A DNA stretch of 63,205 nt, the filler included, from Choristocarpus tenellus KU-1152 (Eukaryota; Protista; Phaeophyceae), in NCBI GenBank assembly GCA_964200185.2. It is 14 parts of 14 records of this genome, joined end to end, with 100 filler letters (N's around TTAATTAATTAA, not from the genome) between each part and the next. Parts side by side here need not be neighbours in the genome. Positions count along the whole stretch, not along the records: positions 1 to 3,087 come from CAXNAD020022412.1; positions 3,188 to 11,623 come from CAXNAD020004715.1; positions 11,724 to 20,891 come from CAXNAD020003921.1; 11 more parts are not named here. One strand, written 5' to 3'. The position numbers were made by a program, and so were the translations under genes. The notes under the pieces were generated by a model that did not search any database, was not told the origin of the DNA, and saw nothing but the letters and a program-made list of their open reading frames with translations. Shown here in pieces: positions 1 through 11,899 of this stretch (within the stretch, counting starts at the first letter, position 1; each line of letters begins with the position of its first letter).

Positions 1-205
1 CCTTGTATTTCTAATATTGTTCATCTACACCAAGCTGTTCTTTGTCCTTCATTAAAGCACTATCTAAAAGCCGCGGGTCCAGTGTGGGATAGTTCAACAC
101 GTAGCACTTTCCGTGGAGACTGCTATTTTCGAACATGCAGCGAACGGTAAACCCCGCCAATATGGAAGGAATATTGTATACGAGAATGTACCATTACCGT
201 ACGCA

Positions 206-669
206 GACGAAAAAGATTTACGAGCCGACCCAGGTTAGATGTCGGGAGGGCAACCATGCACAGGTTGTGTTTGACATGGGGCAGATAGTAGTGAAGAAGT
301 TTGATGTATCGTGTCGGACGGTAAAGGCGATCAATTTCCAAAGCATGGCAAGACGGTTGAGAGTGGTGTGTACAGATTTGGAACAAGAACCCTAAGCAGG
401 AAAACATCCTGTGGAACCGAGAAAGTGAAAGATGAAGATCAAAAGGATTAACGCGCCGCCCCGGGTTAGATGTTGGGAGGGCAACAATGCACAGGTTTGT
501 GTTTGAAATAGGGCAGACAGTACTGAAGAAATTTGATGTGTTGTGTCAGACGGTAAAGGTGATCAATTTCCAAAGCATGGCAAGACGGTTGAGAGTGATG
601 TATTTCGATTTGGAACAAGAACCCTAAGCAGGAAAACATACTGTGGAACCGAGAAAGTGAAAGCATGAA
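206..669. repeat. Tandem duplication, 2 copies of about 231 bp
   Basis: About 206-436 and about 437-669 align along their length (GGTTAGATGTYGGGAGGGCAAC...TTTCCAAAGCATGGCAAGACGGTTGAGAGTG...GGAACAAGAACCCTAAGCAGGAAAACAT...GGAACCGAGAAAGTGAAAG). Boundaries approximate. Confidence 0.9.
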
Positions 670-1304
670 CGCACCGGTTTGAAACGAATATGACAATTTT
701 GGAACGTACTTCAAAGTATAAATTCGTTATGTTCTGTCAGTTGGTAGAAGCCATCAAATTCTAAAGTGAGGTTACCGTGGTTTTTTGGACCAAGCTACAC
801 GCGCGTATTGATACCATCGTGCGAGTTAAATCGAAATCGCGTTGCGACGTGATACAAACCTTATCGGAAACGTTCCAATCGTATCAGAGCCCTAACACGT
901 GCGTATCGATGGTATCACCATGTAACATTCAACAGACGGATGTTGTGGTGCGTGGAATTGGATCGTGGAATCTTTGTTCTATTTCGGATCAGTTGCCTGA
1001 TTAGTCTCAACGTAAGTCACTGCAACCCATGTTCCAATTTCGGGAAAAGGTTCAGTTCAATTCGCTGGAATTAATTCTAACGATAGCCACTGCATTGCAA
1101 CTACGTCAACATGTTAGATGTAAGGTGAAATCTGTCTCTTCGCGGATTGGGTTGAGTGTTCGACATGTAGGTAATTGATGTTGGTTAGGTTTAGGGTTAG
1201 GATCATAGGTGTTGCCTTCAGGTCTTACATTGTCAGCGACTGAGGTGGCATAAGACGGTTTATGAACGGTTTCGATCAAACAAATTATAGATGCCTGACT
1301 AGTG

Positions 1305-1820
1305 ATGTTGGTGATACCACGACTGACAGCTGGTGTGTACACGGTTCTAATAGTGATAAATACGGGGGCATCGAATTTGAAAATGTAATACCACTATTGA
1401 CAGCCTGTGTGTGCACGGTTGTAATGGTAAGAAATACAGGGGGATCGAATTTGAAAACGTTGGTAATACCGCTGTTGATAGCTGGTGGTGTGCACACGGT
1501 TCTAATGGTGATAAATACGGGGGCATCGAATATGAAAATGTTGGTGATACTACTATTGACAGCTCGTGTGTCCACGGTTCTAATGGTAAGAAATACAGGG
1601 GGATCGAATTTGAAAATGTTGGTGATACCACGGCTGACAGCTGGTGTGTACACGGTTCTAGTGGTGATAAATACAGGGGGATCGAACTTGAAAATGTTGG
1701 TGATACCACGGCTGGCAGCTGGTGTGTATACGGTTCTAATGGTAAGAAATATAGGGGGGATCGAATTTGAAAATATTGATGATGCCGCGGCTGACAGCCT
1801 GTGTGTACAAGCTCCGAATG
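1305..1820. repeat. Minisatellite, about 6.5 copies of a unit of about 78 bp
   Basis: Unit AAAATGTTGGTGATACCACGGCTGACAGCTGGTGTGTACACGGTTCTAATGGT(GAT/AAG)AAATAC(A/G)GGGG(G/C)ATCGAATTTG; unit starts at about 1380, 1454, 1535, 1613, 1691, 1770. Explains the overlapping repetitive ORFs in the track. Confidence 0.95.
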
Positions 1821-2450
1821 CTAATGAACTCATGAACATGTGTAGAGACGTGTGGTTGTGTTCACAACGGAGAAATCGCAATGAGGGGTGAATACATTGG
1901 AATCTCTTCACAACACCGCACATGTCGTTAATCTCAGCCTAACGTGAGCATTTGCTCCCTGGATTTCAAACAGCCATGACATGGAGGCCTCTTAGTGTAC
2001 ACCAGACAAATTGTCTCCAGTGTCGACAGATCGGTGCAATATACGACGGGATAGACAGACCGGCGTGCATAGGGTTTACTTTTAATTTTGACATGAAATT
2101 GCTTTCACTCAGAATTGTCTCTGGAACTTCCGCAGGATATTTACACAGGTGGTAACACAGCAATGGTAGTCGAAATTGGTATATGGTTGTAGACCTGAAA
2201 ACCTTTCTACATGACGTGATGGGGTCTCAATCGCTACCACTTTGCACGGTATTGTGCCGGAGGTAGCTGCACAAAGGGTGCACGTTTGTGGTAGGGGGAC
2301 TCACCTTCTTGTTCCCTTTGGAGGCATCGCGGCGTTCGGTGGTTGGACTAAGCCTCTCCTTTGATCGCATGGTGTCTGCATCGGGTGGGCACGTTATAAA
2401 TGGGATAGGGGAAACCAACACAAGGAGAGAGGGAAAATGTTGTGCGCATC

Positions 2451-2708
2451 GAGTGAAAGTATCTTAGAGGGTACGAGTTTTGCCCTGTTTGTCCGTTTGA
2501 AGCTTGGCTTCCCACAGGTTTTTTACGACACTTTCCTACTCCAAAATGTTTTAGAGTTGGTAAAATGTATACATTGTGAAAGGTGTGTCCGCAACAAGAA
2601 TATTGGCACTTGCTAGCAAACACGATAGGCAGAATTACATCAAAATCGGAACATTGGATTTTTGCCCCCAAAACGGACGTGGCTCTGCCCTCTAAGATAC
2701 TTTGACTC
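2451..2708. mobile_element. Non-autonomous TIR element (MITE-like, family A), 4-bp TSD CATC
   Basis: Termini GAGTGAAAGTATCTTAGAGGG ... CCCTCTAAGATACTTTGACTC; CATC at 2447-2450 and 2709-2712; internal sequence shared with six other copies in the window. Confidence 0.9.
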
Positions 2709-3087
2709 CATCGAGTCAGGTCCAGAGAGGATGGCATGTCGCGGTTGGGTTACATCATCCTCGAGTCGTACACACCTGATCACCTTGCACGAAGAGGAAG
2801 CCCTGTCATCTTTTTCCTTCCGACATGTCCGGTGTTTAGCGTTACGTACAGCGCACAGGGATAGCAGTAAACGAGTTCGATTCTCGTAAAAGGGATACGC
2901 ACCTAGTCTCCCTTGACCGAGAAAGTGTAACCTTTTCGACCTCTTCTTTTTTCCGTGGTATTTCAATTTCACAATTATCACCGAAAGAACAACCGCCCTT
3001 ACTGAATGTTGTACCCCTAAAAGGTGAGAGTTTATGAAGTAAACTGAGTTTTGTGGGCGGGAGAATTCTGGTTGGCTGGGGGCACAG

Positions 3088-3187
3088 NNNNNNNNNNNNN
3101 NNNNNNNNNNNNNNNNNNNNNNNNNNNNNNNTTAATTAATTAANNNNNNNNNNNNNNNNNNNNNNNNNNNNNNNNNNNNNNNNNNNN
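3088..3187. other. Artificial contig linker (first of 13)
   Basis: N44-TTAATTAATTAA-N44. Others at 11624-11723, 20892-20991, 23724-23823, 27024-27123, 30289-30388, 33047-33146, 37151-37250, 43602-43701, 46222-46321, 49273-49372, 54846-54945, 60453-60552. A separate 10-N scaffold gap lies at 24110-24119. Confidence 0.99.
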
Positions 3188-6100
3188 CACACCAGGCGCA
3201 AGAACGAAAGGCCGCACCTGTGTGAGAGTGGAAGGGGGGGGGGGGGGGGGGAAGGAAGGCCTCTCACTTATGTGGCCATCGCATAGAGATGAAAAAGAGC
3301 AATTGCTATGCAGTCTAAAACTATGATGCTTAACAAGCCTACAATGAAAACGTGAAGGACATCATCTTCCAATATGGGCATGGTTGATGGGAAGACCACC
3401 GCCACAGCTGATCCCAGAACCAAAACCATTTCAATAAAGGAGTCCAACACAATGTGTGTGGTCATAGTTGCCTTCACATAGGGGTACGAGGTGCAAGTCT
3501 TGTTCAAATGACTCCTTACAAAGCTGTAGGGCTTCTTTAACAAATAGTTCAAAGTATAATCGTATACTGTATAAGGAGTATGCAGTACATACATACAAAT
3601 GCATTTCTAACCCTAACCCTAAGACTAACTCCAACAACATACAAAAAAAAGAGTCATTCCAAGACAATGTACAAATCCTAACGGTACAAAGTGGGTATTC
3701 CTCCAATCGAAAATTCTTATATGACAATGCTGGTAAGTACTCTTTGGAGTAGGCTAACGCATGTTGTAGAAACACACAGGCCAAGAGAGATTCACCATGC
3801 AAATCCGTTTTTCGTTTTGACTACAATAGTTGGGAGGAGAGAGGGGACATCAATGTGCACGAGGAAGTGGCTCAAGATGTGCTCCAATTCACTTCCATTT
3901 TCCTAATCTGATTGAAATGTCATGATTAATACTGTTTGACCTCAACAACTAAGGCACGAACTGCTGTTGAACTTGATTATTTAGGAGACAAAGCAGCAAC
4001 AGTCAGCTCTTCAGACAAAAGAGTTGCTCAAAAATCAAACTCCAACAAATAAAAAGAAAACATAACTCTAGTTTACCCAGCAGTTTGGAAAATGTCCTGA
4101 GATTATGGTTAGACCTCAAGGCAGGAAATCTTGCACAATAGGTTTGAATGCAAACTATCACACATCTCCAGAATCCCCTCTTTGATCCAGTATACCAACA
4201 TCACCGCATGTGGAACCCTCACCATCCCTAGCATACATCACCAACTATAACTAATCCACTAAGTGCAACCCACCCCTTTCCACAAGAGGACCAAGTCATA
4301 CCAGAACTTCTGGCAGTGCTTACATCGAAAGGTGACCTCAGTAGAGGACACAGAAGATAGGCGTAACAGGGTAAAGGCGTTAGCATTGAAGACAGAACTC
4401 TTCTGTTATATATTTTTTTTAACTCACAATCAGACCTGAAAGTCAAGGGCCCCAACGGACACAGCCTGTGCTTGGGGACCTACTTCCCCACAAAGAGAAC
4501 AATTATGTGCACGGAAGGCCTTGAGCATATGCATTAAATAGGGTTTTGATTTTACTGCTCAAATCACAAATGTAACATCTCAAGATCTTTCTCTTACCAC
4601 AGTACCGCTTGATCTGGGACCTTGAGGAGACCAACAAAAGCCTCCAGCACTCCAGGAGTTTGCACCACCTCGGCCAGCCTTGCCCCACTGCCAGACACCA
4701 TGTTCCACACTGCAAATGCAGCCTCCTTTACCACATCATATCTTCCCGACAGCAACAATGATACCAATGGTCCCAAGGCACCAATTGCAAGAAGGGCTTC
4801 ACGATGTTCGCTGGATCCCCCTACCACGTTGGACGCAGCCCATGTTGCCTCCTTCACAAGAGCCCATTGATCCACCCGCTGGGGATAGGTAACAGGAGAT
4901 CATGAGGGGAAGCCAGCAGATAGATAAACAAGCTGGAAGAGGGAAAGGGGAAGGTAGCCTAGGACAACCAATCAACTGGGTAATCTGCATTGCAAGCCCA
5001 TATCCTACGCTAACAAAATCAAGTCATTAACCAGGAGCAAGCAGTGAGCCCAAACCATAGCACACACCCTTGAAGCCTTGCCCTGTCCAATTTGTTTGAC
5101 CTCCAAACAAGCAAACCAAGAGCCCATCAAACCGAGAGCACCTACAGAGAGAACCCAGCGGCCCTTGACGTTTGTGCTCACCTTGCTTTGCAGGATGTGA
5201 CACAAGGCAAAAAGGAATTGCCTCTCTGCCAATACAGCATCTGCCCACTCTTCTGGTCCACTCACGAGGTTCCCCAAGGACCTAAGCACAGGAGTGCATA
5301 GAGGATCCTACAAGTTCCAAAGGTTGAATCGAGAGGATGCAAAGAGGGGGATGAAAAGAACCCTTGGTATTGTAATGTTGTTGTCAGAAGTGTTACAGGC
5401 ACCAAAAGCACAACCAACAGTTTGGTGCACTGTTGTGTTTCGCTCTTCAAAGTGCACTCACTCACTGACCAGCTGTGAGTACATACCTAATGTTTATAAT
5501 ATGTTGAAGTAACTATTGTTCTCATGGGGCTTTGGTTGAACCCAATTTGTATTGATGGCATGGGGCACAATATAACAGTAGAGAGGACTGTACTTCAACT
5601 GGTAGATTCTTGTACTTCTTGCCAGCTTCAAATGATTGCCAAGGCTGGACAAAAATTCGCCAAGAAGATCATTGCAGGGGCAGGGGGAAAAGGGGGAAGG
5701 GGCAGATAACACAGTCATACAGCACGTGTCAACAACTGATTGCAAACACCAAGTCAGGCATGACTTAATCCCAAACTCAGCACCAACTTCCTTTTCATTT
5801 CGTTTATCACCTCTCCCCCGCTGCCCACCAGCGCTTCCACCAGTGCTGATACAATGCCTGCTTGAACAAGCCTTGAGCCAGATTCGTCATCCTTAGCCGT
5901 GAGAAACGCCAGCACCCAACCCGCCTCAACTGCCAGCTCCCTGTCCTTGGCTTCATTACGCATTGCATCAGCCAGGGAAGTGGCAAGACCCAAATCCAGA
6001 AAGGGCTTGGCTGGAGTATTCTGGCCACGAGCAAGATTGGAAAGCGCCCATGCTGCTGTTCGTGCCACACTGGGAGTCTGTTAAGAAGACGAAGTTTGCA

Positions 6101-6760
6101 TCGTTACGAGTGTTGAAAGACGACAGGGTGGGAAATAGATTATGCAAAACATTCTGAGTTGAAGATGTACTCTTCAGAAGCGAGAAGCAAGGAGAGAAAA
6201 AATGGAGAGTAGTGCCATTGCCCCTAAGGGATCCTGCATTGAGTTAGCACAGCTTTGAGTGCTTGGGTCGAAGAATCGGACTATCACTGAAAAGTATAGG
6301 CACAACAGAGTTCCAGCGTTAACCACCAAGAGACCTGAAGCACCAATTATGCTACAAGCAATAAAACGTCTCTACTGCGACTATTAAGGGGATGAAGCAA
6401 GCCATGATATGATCTATATGAATCTCATGAAGGACAGACAACAAGATCCGATCGGGGGACTTTACCGGTGGGTTCTGCAGGAGCCTTGCCATGGGCAGTA
6501 GAGCACCATTTGCGTGCAGCATCTCTCGGGACGAAACACTGTCTCCGGCAATATTTCCTAACGTCCAGAGGGCTTGCTCCTGTAATCTGGGATTAGGAGC
6601 CGAAAGAAAGTTAATCAGCTGTGGCGCCGCACCAAGAATTGACTCCGTGTGGCGAGTGTGACCACTGGCGATGTTAGTAAGGCACCTGAATGAGTGGTGA
6701 GCGAGAGATGGCAGAGGCGTATAACTATTGGATGAGCAACAATGAGTAATGGATAACGGA

Positions 6761-6801
<41 letters not shown>

Positions 6802-7339
6802 GGTTGACTAATCTGCATCAACAACACAAAATGGAGAAACGGAAGATATGAAGGAAAGGGTCAAGTCGCAGATCAGAACAAGGGATAAACGTGGGGTGTG
6901 GTCAGCGCAGTAAGAAGATACACACACACCATACGAATACATATATTTCCTGCTCATCTCACCAAGTAGCCTCTATCTGGATCTCGTCGTTGGATGCTGA
7001 CAGAAGGGCGATGAGGTTGTCGCCTATGCCTCCCTCAACAACCTCCTCGATGGGCGGGTCCTCCAGGGACAGCAACTTACGAAGGCTCACTAGTTGTGGT
7101 AGCACAGACGACAGGGGTGAATTCTTGATGCCAACCATAGCCATATGAATCTCCTCTTTAGACCACCTTCCACTTCCACTCCCCACATCATTGCTAGTCT
7201 TTCTCCTCTTGGCAAGGATGCCATCTCGCTTCTGACTTCGCAACTCGTTTGCCCTCTCCCTTCGCTTCTGCGTCTGATTTTCGCGAAGCAGTGACTTGTG
7301 TTGCCCCTTTCGCTTGGTATTCGCCGCTAGGTCTGACAT
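3188..7339 (-). CDS. Importin subunit alpha-like armadillo-repeat protein (divergent, IMPA9/TMCO6-like); multi-exon, 3' end truncated by contig end
   Basis: Phase-consistent GT-AG exons 7339-6963, 6685-6466, 6077-5811, 5307-5182, 4878-4598, 3217-3188. N-terminal IBB-like basic segment (KRRERANELRSQKRDGILAKRRK); ARM motifs EATWCLTNIASG, EQALWTLGNIAGD, RTAAWALSNLARG, VLRSLGNLVSG, KEATWAASNVVGG, KEAAFAVWNM. Confidence 0.92.
6765..6795. repeat. (TA)n microsatellite in importin intron 1
   Basis: About 15 TA units. Similar (TA)n tracts at about 17357-17377 and 24662-24678; (CTA)n at about 25160-25185; (TTA)n at about 18488-18512. Confidence 0.95.
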
Positions 7340-7519
7340 CTTCCTTCTACTTGAAGATGGTCAGGTTGATGATGGTACTTGGCTCCTCCTTTCCCATATC
7401 AAACAAAGCCTTCCATGTTGAACACATTATAGACATATTGAAAGAGTGTTCCACTTGCTGCAGTGAGGATAATTCGCCACAAGTCGACGAGACAACAACA
7501 GATAACAATAAGGTGTACA
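7340..7519. promoter_or_regulatory. Putative bidirectional promoter / 5' UTR region
   Basis: Only 180 bp separate the divergent ATGs of the importin-like gene (7339, minus) and the RraA-like gene (7520, plus). Positional inference only; no motif identified. Confidence 0.55.
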
Positions 7520-8041
7520 ATGTCAAATGAGTCGGAAGAAGTAAGTCCCCCAACAGCCGATATTATGGATGAATATGAGGAGTGCGTCCAAGTGGCACCC
7601 AACACTTTCAGGGATTATGGTGGCACCTCGCGCTTTTCGGGGTGGGTAGAGACCATCAAGTGCTTGGAAAATAACCCGCTTGTGCGTGAGCGACTCACAA
7701 CTGAGGATGGTAACGGAAGGGTTCTTGTTGTCGACGGTGGGGGTTCCATCCGGTGTGCGCTAATGGGTGACCAGTTAGCCACAGCAGCATGCGAGAACGG
7801 ATGGAAGGGGGTAATTGTCAATGGTGCAATCCGTGACTCAGTGGAGATTGGTCGCTTGTCTTTCGGGTGCAAGGCCTTGTGTAGCAATCCTTGCAAGAGC
7901 AAAAAGATTTCTCCAGGAGAGCGAGATGTGCCGTTGACATTTGCTGGGCTGCAATTCCGTCCGGGACAGTATGTGTATTGTGATGAAGACGGCATTGTGG
8001 TATCAGATAAGAAACTGGAATTGCCCCGACCAAAGATTTAA
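7520..8041 (+). CDS. rraA: RraA-family protein (putative 4-hydroxy-4-methyl-2-oxoglutarate aldolase / oxaloacetate decarboxylase), single coding exon, 173 aa
   Basis: Family motifs TADIMD, FRDYGG..RFSG, ENNPLVRE, GRVLVVDGGGSIRCALMGDQLA, NGWKGVIVNGAIRDS, PGQYVYCDEDGIVVS; ATG at 7520, TAA ending 8041. Confidence 0.95.
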   Translation: MSNESEEVSPPTADIMDEYEECVQVAPNTFRDYGGTSRFSGWVETIKCLENNPLVRERLTTEDGNGRVLVVDGGGSIRCALMGDQLATAACENGWKGVIVNGAIRDSVEIGRLSFGCKALCSNPCKSKKISPGERDVPLTFAGLQFRPGQYVYCDEDGIVVSDKKLELPRPKI

Positions 8042-10371
8042 GCCAGATCATGTAAGTAAGGGACCTTTGTCCTGAAGTTGCATTGACCAAACTGATCTTA
8101 ACCCTTTTTCTACTGTCAATTTAGTCATTGGCTATCAATGTAGGTCAGTCTGGGAATGGACATTACCAGACAGTACTATTTGTAGCTTAGTTCCGTTTGC
8201 GGTTAAGGCTCTTGATTTTCTTCCTATTCTAAACTTCTCCGGCGATCGATTGGTCGTTGTGGTCAACTGACTGAAGGAGTTTATGTGCAGAACCGGGCTT
8301 GTGGAGTTATTCGATTGATGGGCTTCGTTATTGTTTATCCTTTATTGTTTAGAACCTCACTCAGAGGATAATTGAGATGTGTGCTAAGCATTAAATTAAA
8401 CCCCCTTCACTTATATCCTAGAATGATTGCCAAACTCACCATGGACATTACCTGTACATCATTCCCTTGTTACACAGGTTGGAGGTATGGCCTATGGCCT
8501 CAAATAGATCTCCTTCCACGTTTTGTCACATCTTTGTATGTATCACAAAATTCTATAGGATAGATTGGTGTTCTACTGCTGTTCGTTCATTGGTTGAGGT
8601 GAAAGACTAGTGGTGGGACTTGTATTTCTCCTCTGCCTTCAGCAACCTCTCTGTGACCTTCGCTGGTGCACATCTAACATCAATTTCACTGATCCCTTGG
8701 CAGTAGTAGTGAATCACATTACTTTCTAATACTTGAAACTTCGAATATCCATTGACTTTGGAAGACAAGGTTGAACACCTTCAATGAAGAGTGAGAAAAT
8801 AATATAGCATGGATTACCTACTGAGCACCAACTATGTGTAGTTTAGAAGCATCAAATAAATACTTCATAGCTCATTGGTGCATACTTTAAGATAGTGCAT
8901 ATGCCAATGGAACCATTAGTCTATGATGAAGGCGGAGTAGAATGGAGCCTGTCACAGATCAGTCACAACTAATTGTTCCCCTGTTGCACCGACTGCTTCG
9001 CTCTGCATAATCTTGGTTGAACAATACCACTGTGTGTAGCAAACATGGCCTCAAAAGATCGCTACATGTTAAACTTCCACATGGCAGAATAATGAAGCAT
9101 TGGAAACAGTTCGATTAAATCAGACATACCTTCAAAAAAAAAAAAGTTGCACTGACTCTGTCGGTACATTTTTTTCAAGCCTCGCACACCACTCCCAAAA
9201 AAAGTGAAGCACTACCTACTAATAACCTGCACACACCAAGGCACAACGATCACTTGTCTCCTTTGCTCTGCTTCCGAGTCAGGCAGGTGCATGCTAACAC
9301 CTAAAAAAGGTGCTCCCACTTCACAGCAGGCGTAAGGTCAGAACCTTGCTACTGTGGCTGTGAAGCGGTCAACTCTCTCTATACGTTTCACACGCACACA
9401 CACACAGAATACACACACAATAGACACCCAAACATGCACACGGCGCTAGTTCTGATAATGGTTTAGAGCGAGGGTTGTAGGGACCTCTCTCACCATGCAT
9501 CTCTCTTGCAAGGGAAGAGGCAAAACTGCGGACTCATCAACACCCAAGAAGATATTCTTTCACCTATGTGAAGTAGGAAGTCAACAAACAACATACCCTA
9601 GGTTTTCCTTTTCTATGGTTGCCTCTCCCCCACTGCATAACATCAACATCTTGCCAAATGCACAATCATGAAACATGCAGGAACTCGGAAGCACAACGCA
9701 AGGGACATTTAGATTATCAAGGGGGCGGTATAGCCTATGGCGACAACAAAAGATAATCTTCGATAATATTGTCAAGTACTACAAATCTAGAATCCTTGCA
9801 TTTCTCTGGCAAACATGTACTCTCATATTCACCCCCCTCCCCAGAAGAAAAAAAAGGTCGACCCAGGCCAACAGCATAATCGAAACAATTAACACACCAT
9901 CCCCAGCCTCTCACTTGTAACAAAAAAAATCAACAGAGCATTGCTCTTCAGAGATCTCACACATACAAGAACAGCAGCATTAATGATTTGCTCAAGGCAC
10001 TACCACTTCACAAAACACAAAATCGCTTGAGACCATTGACACCTCCGGCGCACATGCTCAAGAGTCTACTACTGAGTACATACTACATCTGGTAGAAGCA
10101 AGCTGATTTCAATTACACCCCGACGCACAAAAACAATATACTCTAAGCCCGCCAAGGTCTTAGATAAAGAGAGGGTCGTGCTGCCACCCTCCTCCATACA
10201 GGGCAGCAGAAATGGACCAAACAACACAACACAACAGTTCAGGGTGAACCCCCTGCTACACTGGCACACCCAGCACAGTAGCCCTGAACACACAATAGTC
10301 AACAGGTGGCACACGTTCCATCCCCACGAAGCACACACACAGCCCTTAACCACAAATCCAAAAAGCAGGAG

Positions 10372-11486
10372 TCATACTCCCCCTCCATCATAGTAATCAT
10401 CCTCAGCATAACCTACAGCACCTACTCCCCAGCCCACACCTCCACCTCCTCTGCTTCCATTCCAATCCTGCCACCTGCTCCCCTCACCCCCTCCATCACC
10501 AAGCGCTCCATTGGATTGGAAGGAGGACGGGTACTGCGAGAGAGAACTATGGTGTCCATTGGGGCCACCATGAGCACCTACTGGTTCTTGTGCCTGGTAC
10601 GTTCTCAGCTCTTTCTCAGAGCTAGGAATCTGTACGGAACATGTTTGGTAGAGACAATAGATCAGTTGGGGTCTGCTAAACTTTACACATCACATCAGCA
10701 AATTTGAGATAATACTTGAGTGGGAAAACAAGCAAGGAAGGTGTGTAGGGTTTGGCAAAATGAATCAGTAGACTTCTCTCCCTTCACCTACCACCCAGGA
10801 TAGTCGATTAAATATTCATGTGCTTTCCACAAAACGAAAGGATTACTGTACTCATGGAAATTCAAAGCAAGTCCTGCTTGCCACGCTCGGAAGTGAAATG
10901 CTTAAAAGGATGTTAATGAGCACCCTGAGGGAGGTGGCATCAATGAAGCAGAGAGAGGCTCACTTTTCATGGGAGGACGATGGTGACCTTAACCACAACA
11001 AACAAGTTGACAAAACTAAGACTCATCAACACAACTCCAGCATCAGCACACCTGCTCATAACACTGATCCCCAGCTCTTATAGTTTCATTGGCATCACCC
11101 CCCGTCCTCCCATCTTCTTTTCCTGTGCTACCACCCCAATAGGACAAACCCCCTGGCATATTTCCCACACCGTTCCCATCCTGTCCAATTCCACCTGCCC
11201 AAGCACCACCAACTCCCGCATTAGGAGCAGCAGACACCTTGGGAAATGCCAGGTACACCTCAGCGCTCTGTCCCTCCACAAGGGGCCCGCCCACACCCTC
11301 CTGCAATTCTTGCCCACCTCCCCAGCTCTGCTTCTCGCCCTGTGTCTGCCCCTGCCCCTGCCACTCCCCCGACACCTGTGAGCGTCCATGCACCTGTCCT
11401 TGTCCCCCTTTCCCCACCAATGGTTGCTGGTGTGGATTTACCCATATAGGACGAGGGGGACTGCTCAAATACTGTGAAACTGAGCC
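10372..11486 (-). CDS. Last two exons of an unidentified gene, Gly/Gln-rich low-complexity C-terminus
   Basis: Exon 11486-11052 (cag acceptor, CAG|GT donor, phase 0) joins exon 10629-10372 (cag acceptor, IPSSEKELRTY...EDDYYDGGGV*, TGA). No family motif recognised. Confidence 0.55.
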
Positions 11487-11793
11487 CTGCTACAGGGTTC
11501 AAGAAAAAGATAGTAGTGAGAAATGTATGAGGGAGGGGAGGAGGGGGGGGGGGGGGGGGGGAGGGTAAAAAGACGGGGGGGGGGGGGAAGGGCCCGGTGT
11601 TATAAAGGGTTTAACGAAGGTGGNNNNNNNNNNNNNNNNNNNNNNNNNNNNNNNNNNNNNNNNNNNNTTAATTAATTAANNNNNNNNNNNNNNNNNNNNN
11701 NNNNNNNNNNNNNNNNNNNNNNNCTCCACCCCGCCCCCCTTCCTCTCTTGGGTGGTTTTGAAAAGAAGAAAAAAAAAAAAATTTTTTTCCCCC

Positions 11794-11834
<41 letters not shown>

Positions 11835-11899
11835 AGATACTTTGACCCTCCACTTTCACAATCACTGCCATCATCCTGCACAGACTTTTATTTGTGTCT

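Noticed and set aside
1305-1820. Possible CRISPR array
   Set aside because: The whole unit repeats with no unique spacers, there are no cas genes, and the context is eukaryotic.
3088-3187. Recurring TTAATTAATTAA palindrome as a biological motif
   Set aside because: Always centred in an identical 100-nt N block; it is an all-frame-stop linker added when contigs were concatenated.
7615-7995. Antisense ORF over rraA, and similar shadow ORFs over LONRF, PFAS and the nucleoporin exon
   Set aside because: Shadows of the real reading frames with no independent motifs.
11530-11835. Poly-Gly / poly-Pro ORFs here and at 21001-21060 and 46322-46420
   Set aside because: Translations of long G/C homopolymers at contig ends; low-quality or repeat-derived sequence.
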